A DNA stretch of 63,994 bases, filler included, from Basidioascus undulatus (lineage: Eukaryota): NCBI GenBank assembly GCA_000826855.1. It is 4 parts of 4 records of this genome, joined end to end, with 100 filler letters (N's around TTAATTAATTAA, not from the genome) between each part and the next. Parts side by side here need not be neighbours in the genome. Positions count along the whole stretch, not along the records: positions 16,177 to 32,248 come from JTLS01000608.1; positions 32,349 to 48,360 come from JTLS01000609.1; 2 more parts are not named here. The stretch is one strand, 5' to 3'. The notes under the pieces are model-generated. The model saw only the letters and a program-made list of their open reading frames with translations. It had not been told where the DNA came from and did no database searches. Shown here in pieces: positions 25,000 to 36,481 of the stretch. The first letter of the stretch is position 1, and the number at the start of each line of letters is the position of its first letter. A program made the translations under genes and the position numbers.

Positions 25000-27900
25000 C
25001 TATTGCTGGGCTCGAGCCGCCAACTGCTTCTGGTACTCCCTAAGCGCCCCCAACATCCCCCGTCAGCGACTTGAACATTAAGCGTCCTCACCGCGTGGCA
25101 GCAGCATAAACGCACTTGTACAGCCTGTTCAGGACCTGCTTGGCCAAGCGCTCCTTGCCGTCCTTGACTTTCGGGAACTTGCTCGGGAGCTCGTACTTCG
25201 CCGTGCCAATGGTCATCCACACTCGGTTCAGCGGTGTGCCGGGCGGGGCCCCCTGCCCGGGTTCCGTTGACGGCGCTACGGCTTCCGAGTGGAATTCGGG
25301 TCGGGGCTTCCCGACGTGCGTGCAGAACTCTGATGGCAGCAGCAAGCACGTCAGCAGCAGCCAAGCGATTGGCAGGAGCAAGGAATGGGAAACACGCACC
25401 GTACAGCTGCGTAGTGTACGACTTGACACCCGTCGTATCGATCTCGAACGGGGCGTCCGGATCGCGCTTGCGCTTGAGGGAGCCCTCGCCTTCACTGGAC
25501 GGCTCGACTATCGCGGCAGGCGGCGGAGTGGGCGCGGGCGTGACGCCGGGTACTACGCCGCCAGGCGGGAATGCGGGATCGGTCGACGGTGGCTCCGTCG
25601 GCGTCCGCGGGAAGCAGGCGGGTGTTGGGCGCCCGGGAGGGAAAGTCCCAACAGGAGGCGGCAGCGGCGGGAGAGCGCTCTGCTCTGGCGGGTAGCTCTG
25701 AGGTGCGGGGCTCGGCTGAGTCGGCGCGTAGGGCGTGAGCGCTGCAGGTGAGGCGGAAGACCAGTCTGCGCATCCAGAGATTGTTCAGCGGGCGCTCTTA
25801 AAGGGCAGGCAGACGACCAGCTTACCGTTTCGCCGAGGCGCCTCGCCACAACTTATCTCCTGCTGGGGAGGCGCCGGCATCGGCGGCGAGCCGAAGGGCG
25901 GCGCCCCTGCTGCACTTTTCGCTATCAGCAACCGTTGTACCAGAGGAGACTCAACGCGACGTCACGCACCGAATTGGCCTGGACCTCCTCCCGCCCTCTG
26001 CGGCGACTGCTGCATCGGTGCCATGCGCGGCGGGTATGTCCCCTGATCGGGCCATGCCGCCGGAGGTGACTGCTGCGGACGTGGCGGCGCGTCGTACGGC
26101 GACGCCTGCGGTCCGCCGAACACGGGCGAATGCGGGGGAACGGACGCGCTCGGAGGTAGTGGCGCTTGCGATGCAGGCTGGAACCGGTCCGGACCGTTCG
26201 GTTGCTGGACGGGCGACTGCGTCGCACTCCTGCTCTCAGGCGGTGTCCGCGATGAGGGGAAAGGGGGAGCAAATGGGGAGGGGAAAGGAGGCCCAGGCGG
26301 AGGCCTGCCGTAAGGGTCGAGCGGTACTCCCGGCGAGGGTGGGAAGGGTGGCGGGCCGGAAAGGGGTTCAGGCCCGCGCCGGTCCGAGTCGCCATGCCAT
26401 CTCCCCTTGTAATTGCGCGGTGGCTCGCCCCGCGGCGGAGGGGGGTACGGATCTCGGCGGAGGAAGTCAGGCGGGGGAGGCCCAGGGAACGGAGGTTGAG
26501 GGGCGGAAGGGCCGGGGGCGAAACGCGGTGGACCGGGGGCCGAAGAAGGCAACAGGAGTCGCGGAGGTTGTGGTGGACCCCAGCCGCCGGGTGCGGGCGG
26601 AGCGGGAGAGAAGCGGGGTGGGGAAGACGGGCGTTCGTAGCTCGTCATGACCGGGGGCGGAGGCAGGTAGCTTGTTGCAGGCTCGGGCGCCGCATAGCGG
26701 GGAGGTCCCTCGGACGCACTGGGGACCGGCGCGGCGGGCACGGCGTAGCGCTTGGGGTAGCTGCGCTCAGCGTCCACGCTCGCTGTGCGGGGAGGGAACG
26801 ACGAGAACGGCGGCGGCGGCGGCGGCGGCGGGGCCGCGTCTGGGCCGTATGGCGGGAAACCTTCTGGGGGGCCGGGCGCATACCGCCGAGGCGGAGATGG
26901 GGAGCGTCGGCTGGACGGAGAGGGGCGATAGGGAGAAGGAGACTCAGCGGCATGCGAAAAGATCCCACCCTGGGCCGGAGCGTAGCGCTGCGGCTCCATC
27001 GGGCGCGCCGTATCGCCCGGGCGGGCCGGGTGATACCCCGACGACGGTGGCGGCTGCGGCTTGACGTACGGCTGGTACCGGTTCGAGTCGCCGAGGTCTT
27101 GGCCCAGTACCGGTACCGGTGGGGGCGCGTACCGCTGCGGTTGCGGGGCGACGGACGACAGCGGTGAAATAGAGGCGGGCGGTACCAGCAACGGCGGCTT
27201 GAACGGGAAGCGCTGCCCGGCCTGGTTGCGGATGGGCGTGGGGCGGAAGTTGCGCCGCCCACCGATCGGGTTGTCGCTTGGGATGATGTTGATGATTCCC
27301 GCCTGCACGGCGAGCGCCGCGACGGCCTTCTGCGCCTCCTGCCGCTTCGGGAACGTCGGCTCGATGGTGTACGTCTTCTTGTTCCCCGGCCAGACCTCAA
27401 TCGAGAGCGTGCAGCCGTGTTCTGGTCGCCGTAACACAGAGGTTCAGCGACACAAGCGAAAATAAGGGAAAGACGAGACCCGAAAAGACGCACGTCCAGT
27501 CACGCCGTTGAGCAAGTACTCCCACACGGGCTCAAGCGGGCGCCCGCGCGCCTTCTGGCACGCCTGGACGATCTGCTCGATGTGGTTCTCGGCTGCAGGC
27601 CCGCTCGCCGCGGCAGGGTCCGCCGCGAGGTCGTCCCGGTTGAGGTAATCGACGACGCCCTGCGAGATGGCGAGCATGGCCGCGGCGCCCTTGGCCTCCT
27701 GCCGCTTCGCGAAGACAGGGTCGACTACGTAGGACTGCGAGATCCCGGGCGCGTGCTCGACTTTCAGGACGCAGCCGTGCACTGCGGATGTGCGTCCGAA
27801 CTCGTCAGCATGAATTGGGGGACACGTGTGCGGACAAGGGTAGGCACGCACGACCATGATCCACGTCCTCCACAAACCGAAAGACAGGCACGATCCTCCC

Positions 27901-30181
27901 GCCCCTGGCCTTCTGCGCGGCGGTATTCAGGTACACGACGGGGTTCGTCTCGCCCTTTGCGCCGTCGAGCCCCACGCCCTCTTCCAGGGGATTCGGCAAG
28001 CGCTCCAAGAACTGGCCTAGGGAGAGGACCTTTGGCGGACCGGGCGCCTTGGGCTCCGCGTACGGGTCCACGTCCTCGCCCGCATCCTCGTCGACCTGCT
28101 GCGCGGCCGTCGGCGGGGAGGGGTCGACGGCGCTGATGTGACCTAGGACATCCTGCGCCAGCGCGAGCCGCGCGGTCGCGAGCTGCGCGGCTTCGCGCGT
28201 GGCATAGATCGGCTCGACCGAGTAGGAGCGCGAGTGCAGCGGCGCGGGCTCGAGGCGGAGGGCGCAGCCGAAGGCTGTGTAACGGACCAGGCTGTCAGGC
28301 GATGGGAGCTGGGTGAAAGAAGGTAGACGACGCACTGTTCGTCTTGGACTCCGTAAAGTAGAGCCACCTGACGCCCTCTCGCGGGAGGCCCCTCTCCGCC
28401 CAAACCCTCTCAATCTTCTCCACCGACTCGTCCATCTCGTCCATCTCCATCTCCTTCTCCTCCTTGCCCACCTCCTTCGCCGCCACCTGCCCCTCCCGCG
28501 CCGCAGCGGCGGCTGCGGCAGCGACGACCGTGGCCGTCTCGCCCGTCTCAAGAAAGTCGAGCGCGCCCTTGTCGAGCGCGTCGTTCGCGGCGGCGATCAT
28601 CGCTGCGTGGCGGTCTGCGTGCTCCGCCCGCGTCGTCCAGGTGCAGAAGTTCGTGGGGCTGTGGTAGAGCGTGAGGGTGCATGCGTAGGCTGGCCGTTCC
28701 ATACCGTTCCGTATCAGCACAGGGAAAGAGGGAGGGAGGGGAAAGCAACTGACCGCCCTCTTCCCCACTGTATTCGTATTTGGGCATCGGCCGCGCCGCC
28801 CCCCGCGCCGCGATGTTGAATCGCCCTACGGCCGCATAGTCGTCAAAGACAGCCGGCGGGGGTGCGTCGCCGTGCTCGATGAAGCGCAGGACGTGCTGCG
28901 CGAGCGCGAGGCGCGCGACGGCCGTGCGCGCGTCGGCGTACGTCGCGAAGACCGGGTCTACCGTGTATGTCCGGACCTGGTTTGAGGGCAGGTGCGGGAC
29001 GGTCATAGAGCAGCCGATCACTGCGCGGGGGGTGAGCGGGGCTTTAGCACGGAAGGGAAGGGGAGGGTGACACACGGATATCTTCGATCGGGTCCCAGTC
29101 TGGGATCGCATCCTCCTCGCCTACCACACGCTTCAGCGTCTCCTCTATCAGCCCCGGTGCGTCTTCCACCACCGGCACCGGCGCGGGCGAGGAGGCTTCC
29201 GGGACGTCTTGCCCGCTGGTGATGAACTCTTCGAGCCCCTCGTCCCGCGCTTTAAGAAACACTGCGACGCGCGCGAGTGAAGGGTACGCGTGTTCGGCTG
29301 GAACCGCGTACGTTCGCGAAGGCCCACTTGGGGCGCGGCTAAGCGTGAGGGTGGCTGAGTAGACTGTGAGCGCAGCGAGGAGACGGGAGAGAAGCAGCGA
29401 TTGGATCGAGCACACGAGCGGTAGAGATTAGTCGAAGGGATTGAGAGAGCGGACGGGACGAACATGAGCGGATGGATGAGGTGTGAGTTGGCGATGGCGA
29501 TCGGAGTCGGTCGAGGGCGAGGTCAGGTAGTGCGAGGCGAAATGGGGAGAGAAACGAGAATGGTCAGTCAACGGATTGAACGATGGTGAGTATGGGGTAC
29601 GGTGCGAGTGCGCGATCGGGTGCGATGATCAGTGTACTGGCAGGAGGCCGGGTGAGTGTGTGAGAAGGGTGAGGCCAACGTGAGGCGGGTACCGCGGACT
29701 TCAGACACCAACAGAGGGAGTGCAAGGAGGAGAGGTTGAGTGACTATCCAGCATCCCCAGTCCCCAGTATACTTCCGCCCAACGCCCGAGCTGCCCATCC
29801 CCCTGCTGCTGGTCGACAAGAAAGCACCGTTCACTCACCTTCTCCGTCCTCGGCCCGGCTCACGTCAATTCTGGCGGTAGTTCCGTCGGGAAGGTGTGCC
29901 GGGGCAAGGTCATTGATGCGCGTAAGGGTCCGGCGCGCTTCCGAAGTGCGCGGGTCCGCGTCGTCCGCGCCGTCGAGGGTGTTCAAGGGAAGCAGGGGAG
30001 GCGGAGCAGGCGGTGGTGGAGGTGGGGGAGTGCCGTTCAGGCCGGGAATGTCGTCTGAGGGTGGGCGTGAGACGAGAGGATGAGGAGGAGGGGCAGGTGC
30101 TTCGGAGGCGGTGTCGTTGGGAGCGTGTGACGGTTCAGCTTGGGCAGGATCTGCACCGTCGCCGAGTAAGGGCGCCGACAT
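25000..30181 (-). CDS. Uncharacterised protein with 6 tandem plus 1 C-terminal dsRBD-like domains and a long Pro-rich disordered region
   Basis: ATG at 30181. Spliced frame stays open through introns 29364-29838, 29021-29075, 28690-28753, 28275-28335, 27782-27851 and 27422-27493. Repeating helix/[YIFH][GSA][CA]x[LM]x[LVI]/[TS][YW]x[VI]..F.xxxxA..A[VA]A.LA...G pattern. Ends VLNRLYK|EYQKQLAARAQQ*. Confidence 0.8.
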
Positions 30182-30641
30182 GGTGGTGGACCCGCCAAAT
30201 ATGCCAATGTCGGTATGGAAACTTAACGGAACTCTGAGTAGGATATACACGACGAAAGAATGAGCAATGCTTGTACGTGCCGAGGAGCGAGCCATTGAAC
30301 GCGAGCGAAGGTGAGCATCGACGGTCACGACTAACCGAAGGATGAGCGCGGAAGAAAAGTTAGTATGTTGAGCGCGGCAATGAATGCCCGCGTTGAAATG
30401 GTCAGAATAAAGTCAGGTAGCGGTAAGAAGGTGAGCGTAAGAGGACAAGTTGCAAGTCTGCCGGATGGCAAAGAGCAAAAGGGAGCGACAGAGCGACGCG
30501 GTGACGACGAAGCCGTCGTGCAAAAAGAAAAATGGATATTCCCACGCCAGACCGACTTGGTTCACCTTCAGCGGCATGGTTGCCCGTCTTCTTTCCTTTG
30601 CTAGTGTTGTTCAGCTCTTTTTCTTCTAGTGAACGCCCCGG

Positions 30642-32248
30642 ATGCCGCCCCGGAACATTGTCCGCTCCGGCAACGCGGGGATGGGCAAGTCCGCCGCAAA
30701 GGACAAGGACGACAGCAAGGCTGCCGCCGACCCGACGCGCCCGCCCCCGCTCTTCCCCGGCTTTACGGGCAAGACGCCGATGACTATTCTGAATGAGCGG
30801 TGTCAGAAAGAGGGGTGGGAGAGGGCGGTGGTGGATACGGTGAGTCGGAGGTGGTGGAGGGGGATGAGATGGGGCGCTGGGAGGTGGCGATGGGCTGGCA
30901 GTCGAGTTGCATAGCATGACTGGACTTCCGACGCATTTCGATTACAAAGTTATCTTCCCCGTGCGCTGACCTTTTGTTTGATGGACCCCCAGAAGCGCAA
31001 AGCCCCCGGCTTCACCGCGCTCGTCACCCTCCGGCGACACAACAAAAAGACGTCCTCAACTGACACCATCCGCCTCGAGCCGCACCCGCCCTTCGACTTC
31101 GCCCCCTCGCCCACGGCGGCGCTCGCAAAGCACTACGGCGCGACGTACGCGCTCTTCCGGGTCAGTGCAGGAGCTGTGTGTTGTCTGGTAGAGTGTTCGG
31201 CTGAAATATGCATTGCTCTCCCTCTTGGAACGGCTGGTTTGGATGGAAGTTTGCGAATGGACTGTCCCTCCATCGAATTCTGCCCCCCGGGCCGAGGGAT
31301 TATTGGGCCGCGCTGGAGGCGGAGAAGAAGAAGGCGCCGGAGCACCAGGCGTGGATGTGGGAGGTGTGTTGGTTCCTCCTCCCCTCCCTACCCCCTACTC
31401 CCATTCTCTCATGCGTCCTCACCTTCCGCTTCGCCACAGGCGGACCCCTTCGCCGCCGCGGCAGCCGTCAAGGCCCGTCAGGCCGCGCGCGAGAAGGCGG
31501 CTGCTGCAGCGTCCGGCGGTGCAGGCGCAAATGGAACAGGCAGCGGGCGCGAGAGCGGCGCAGCGACGCCCGTCAACCATGCGCTCGCGCCCCGCGGCGG
31601 GACGCAGAGCAAGGCGTGGGCGCTGGCTCCTGAAGTGCGGATTGCGCCTGCGCTGCGGGAGCTGGTCGGTATGTTTCTCCTACCTCTGCTCTTCCATCCC
31701 TCGACCTGGTGACAGAACAAACAAACCTCTTCTTGAACGCAGAGTCCACCATCCGCGCTGAGATGACCGTCTTCCCCGACGCGGTCCTCGCGGGCTCGCG
31801 GGACGCAGGCGCCCCATCCGGCACCTCCACGCCCACCACCACCTCCTCCTGCTCTGTGGACGTCCCCCTGCTGACGCGCGAGCTGACCACCCTTGGTTTC
31901 CGCCCCGGGCACGTTCGCTCCGCTTTGTCCTACCTCTCCTCCGCGCGCCAAGCGCTCTCCTCTTCCTCCCCCTCCACCGCGCTGGACCCGCTCCTCCTCT
32001 CCCTGTCCACGCTCTCCGACCGCGACGCCGCGCTCGAGTGGCTCCTCCTCCACGTACCAGAGGACGACCTTCCCCCGCGCTTCGCGGCGGCAGGTTCGGG
32101 TGACCCGATCGTGGCGAGTGTTCATGCTGGGAAGGGCGGGGAGACGCTGGAGAGGAGATGGATGGTTGAGCGGGTGGTGAAGGAGGCGGGGTTCCCGAGG
32201 AAGGCGGTGGGGTGGGCTTTTGGGGAGCTGGAGGACGAGGAGATCGGA
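30642..32248 (+). CDS. DEAH-box RNA helicase DHX57/Ucp12/YLR419W-like, 5' part only (dsRBD-like and UBA-like regions), truncated at contig end
   Basis: PPLFPGFTGKTPMTILNERCQKEGWER..AKHYGATYALFR|FANGLSLHRILPPGPRDYW..ADPF; LTTLGFRPGHV..ALEWLLLHVPEDDLPPRF matches the N-terminus of fungal DHX57-type helicases. The helicase core is not in the window. Confidence 0.8.
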
Positions 32249-32348
32249 NNNNNNNNNNNNNNNNNNNNNNNNNNNNNNNNNNNNNNNNNNNNTTAATTAA
32301 TTAANNNNNNNNNNNNNNNNNNNNNNNNNNNNNNNNNNNNNNNNNNNN
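32249..32348. other. Artificial contig linker N44-TTAATTAATTAA-N44
   Basis: Same 100-nt linker. Confidence 0.99.
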
Positions 32349-32739
32349 TTCCTTATACAAAACCATCTATTGGTTTAATTAATAGAGGTGGTTGGATATT
32401 GCTTCAATCACTCAGGCTTGCACAGCTACAGAGGCAGTACCTTCGCGCCCACGTTGCGGCTGCCTGTCGACTTCGAGCTTCACCGCACAGTTCAGGCAAG
32501 TTATGATCTGAATGAGACAATCAGTCACCAGAACTAAATCAACAGAATATTTGGCATTGGAACGGGTATCAAAGAAAGACCAACAGTACGTCAGCGGAGC
32601 TACGCAGTTCAGTTCCCTGTCGGGGGTTGAAACGCCTAGGGGTTGCCATCCGACGTCCATCATCCACCCGCACAGCTTGCCGCCATTCACGCTCCTCATA
32701 TCTAACTGGCAGGATCCACCCGCCTATTCAAACTCACGT

Positions 32740-34055
32740 TCAAATTCGCCTCGAATCGTATCCGTTAATCGCTCAACCGAACGCCCCCACTCTGGAGCTG
32801 CTCGACCTGCCCTGGAAGTTCCCCGTTCACGTCGTCACCTTTCTAGATCCTCGCGACCTCCTCGCCTTCTCTCTCGCCTCACGGGCCTGCCGAACCCTGG
32901 TTCTACCTCTGATCTTCGGAAGAAACGAGGCACTCCGTGTTGGGAGACATGATCAGAGTCTGAACGTGGCCCTCCAGGTGTTGGAAGGCGCCGGACAGGA
33001 ACTGAAGGAGACGATCAGGTGCGTCGTTTTGCTCGGCAGTTCTTTCGGCGGAGGACTGAATCTGTGCGGTGCCGGCGAAGGTTCCTGAAAATAGACTCCA
33101 AGCTCCGGCCAACAATTTGGATCGTTCCACCTCGAACGAGCGCGTGCGGCTGTTCCGCATCTTGAGCGAGCTGGGCAACCTCGAACACTTTCCTTTCGTG
33201 CACAGTGCGGCTGCTCATAGACGACATCCCTGCGCTTGTGAACGGGACCGGGAGGCTTCCCAAGCTGCAGCGCTTGCGGCTCGGTGTCCAGGATTGGTCT
33301 CGCGCTTCCGGCTCGGCCCCACGGGCTTGGAGACCCCCCAGATCGACTGGCTCGTAAACGATGCAACCTCTCATCCTGGCAGCTCCCTCGCACTCCACCA
33401 TGCTTTCGTCCAGCCTTCGCTGCACACGCTCGTGCACCAGCAGATTGACAATGACGCGAACGAGCAGTCCGCTTCGGGTGGCATCGTCCTCCGCTTGGTG
33501 ATCTGGATCTCCGACTTCTGTCGGCTGCCGGCGCGAGGTTGAGAATATTCAAGTACCGCACTGAAGCTCGAGACACTGGAGCTCTCGCAATAGCTTGTGA
33601 AGTATTCCCGCATCTTGAGGAATTAGCCATCGAGTTCGATAGCTGTACTGATCTTAAGCCTCGGTGGATGATACGCCAGTCTCATATTTCTTCTCTGTTC
33701 CTTATCTTTCCGACCGAGCGCTGACAGTGTTCTGCCGCGGTCGGTAGGACGATTACATCCTCCCGCTCTCAACCTTGCTCAATCTCAAACGCCTTGGGCT
33801 TTCGCACGTTCTCGAGAGGGCCGTTGATTGCCGGCGCCGTGGGGATAACGACTTAGCTTGGTATAAAAGGTGTCAAACTTGGCGGCTCGAAGTAAAGCGA
33901 AGGATTGCGGCCGCGTGCCTCCGGCTGCGCAAGTGCCGGTGGGTCCTTCTGGGGATGCGATGATGGGCAGTGACAAGTCTTTGAGGCAACATGTGTTTTC
34001 CATCGTGCGGTCTGGACCGGGTTTGGAGATGGAGGTCAAGCCTGTGGGGCAGTGA
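32740..34055 (+). pseudogene. Decayed F-box/LRR protein gene
   Basis: F-box-like LLDLPWKFPVHVVTFLDPRDLLAFSLASRACRTLVLPLIF. LRR pieces (LGNLEH, LPKLQRLRL, FPHLEELAI, LLNLKRLGL, CLRLRKC) switch frame several times without introns, near 33190, 33320, 33530 and 33950. Confidence 0.6.
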
Positions 34056-35857
34056 GAGATGTTCACAGATGAATTGAGCTTGGCGGCCTGGAGACTTGAG
34101 AGAAAGACGTAGGGAGCGAGACAGACAGACGGTAAAAAGACAGGTTGGTGGTGGTTGCTATACATACTGTCGACCAAATATCAAGTCATATAATGCGGTA
34201 CATATTTGTGAGAAAAGTAAAGGCGGCCCTTGGTGCTCTGCGCCGTTGCAAGGCTTGACAGGCGGCCACAATGTCGTTGCTCACTGCACAAGTGTAGAGC
34301 CCATAATGGAGATGACCTGAAAGCACTAATGAGGATGGCCTAACAGCATGATAGTATCTCTCTATTGTGCAGCGGTCTGGCCGCACTGAATTGTTCGGGA
34401 TGGGCAGTTAGCACAGCCGTTTCCTGATGCGGCCCCGAATGCGCAGCTTGTGTGTGAGATGTCTATATCTCACCAAAATCGGGATCATTCCAGCATTAGA
34501 GGCAGTCGGACCAGAATCTCTGTTATTTCTTTCCATGAAACAGGTGCCAGGGCTATATAGACATGCTTGAAGGGTAACGAGCGGACCCTTAGCCTGGTCA
34601 AGCGGCGAGCGACTCAGGATCTCAGTATAGTCCGAACCGAGGCTTCAAGCGAGGACGCGCCCCTAAAGGAAAAGGACTCGGGTACTTCTCCGCCATATGT
34701 TTTTGAACCCACCACCCGGAAGAGGACCTGCGCACTCTTATCAATTTCCTAACTTAATCTCGCCTTACAGTATCCCTTGGCGCATATGTGAGGGTACGGA
34801 CGTACCGTGGCTGGTTTCCTCAGATGCCATTTCAGGCCATTTCAGAACCTTGTTATCGGCAGACATGGCCGCACTGTCAGTTTGTCTATCGAGTTTGGGG
34901 CATAGGCATGTACCATTCCCTTATGATTCAGTGAAGCTTCTATTACCCGCTGGGTGATACGCGGGCTGAACATGCCGACAATTCGTCGGGTTGGTGTCCG
35001 CATCGCATGGCAGCCTCTCTGGATCAAGCTGGGCTTGCCACATTGAACTTGGAAAAGCTCACATAGTTTTTTACCAGGCACATTGCAGCACGGCGGTGGC
35101 CTCAAGCTTCAGTCAGCCAACATGCGGCCCATCGGACCCACGTCGACAAGCGTCCCCATCCAGAAAGTGGCTGCGGTATACATCCTCTCGAAGGTGAGTG
35201 GTATAATATGACAGCTGGAGGACCTTTATTCAGAAATCCAGCTTCCGGAAGCACCAACCACATTGCTGCATTGAGAAACGCAGCCTTTACACAGCCGATC
35301 CGTTTTCCTAGCCGTTGTAACCCCTCAGATACACCCGCATTTTCTCTGATGGTTCATGACCTGTGCGATTAGCCGAGGGCTGACATCCACGCGAGCAAGC
35401 GGGGGAGAGAAGACACAAATGCAGCGCGCGCCGCGTCGCGTTTCTTTCTTCTCGACCACCAACATCTCCTAGCCCTCAAACGCATACACTCGTCCTACTG
35501 TCACGCTCATACCACTACACGAAAAAAGCGCATACATTTAGATCCTCAGCACAATTTCTATCTCGTCTACGCCGTACCGCCGCCCAGTCCTCATTCAGCC
35601 ATGCCGCCAAGACGGACAAGTCCGACGCGCCGAAGGAGAAGACGCTGAAGGCGGGGTCGGAGGGTGAGTGCACCAGCTCCCTTGTGCACATACGTACGCA
35701 TGAGCTTCGAAACGTGGAAAGCATTACCTCATCCGTCTGGATCTTATTTCGGTATTCACATGGAAACAATTCAGTATCAGCAATGGGTAAAGTACTTGAT
35801 ACTGTCGAAAGCACGCGTGACCCGGCTGCAACCACAAGCGTGCATACGCACGCTGTA

Positions 35858-36481
35858 TCACGGCAATCTTTCGCTTTCCGCTATGTACAATGCCAGTCTC
35901 CAGTGCTTCGTGATCAGAGGAATTAAAAAAATCAGGGATAAATACATCAAGTCGCCTCTTCGACCGCCTCGGGCTTCGTGAGGCTGTCCGAGGTCTAGCA
36001 GCACCCTGAGTACCTCGGGTCGGAGCGGGTTGAGGGTGAAGCAGAGGTGGACGCCCTTGGGGTGGACGCGCAGGTGCGACAGGCGGCCCTGCGCTTGCTG
36101 GAGCCGATGGCAGTACGTGTACGCCCGAGGAATCGAGGTGATGATGAGCTGGCGGAGCGCCGTAACCATCGCCTGTCTGCCGTTCCACCGCTTCAGTTAC
36201 GCCCCCAGTGAAAGTCCTCCACCAAGACAGACTGCAGAACTCACCCTAGACCCCTTGTCCACCGCAGCCCAACACTCCAGCCGCCGTTCCGCCTCGGCAT
36301 ACGCCTGATCGTGAGCAGGATCGTAGGGCCTAAGAGGTAAGAGAGCTATGCCAATCAGCTTTGCCGTGGTCTGTAAAAGTTAAGTGGAGTTTCATCACCC
36401 AGGCGGAAGTCCGAGATAGTGCTTCAAAATGTCGTAAGAGACGTCGACTCGGAGGGGGGTGCGTTGGGGTGGAGTGGCCAT
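35858..36481 (-). CDS. Small hypothetical gene or gene remnant
   Basis: MATPPQRTPLRVDVSYDILKHYLGLPP|..PYDPAHDQAYAEAERRLECWAAVDK..|..MVTALRQLIITSIPRAYTYC with intron-like gaps. No family recognised. Confidence 0.35.
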
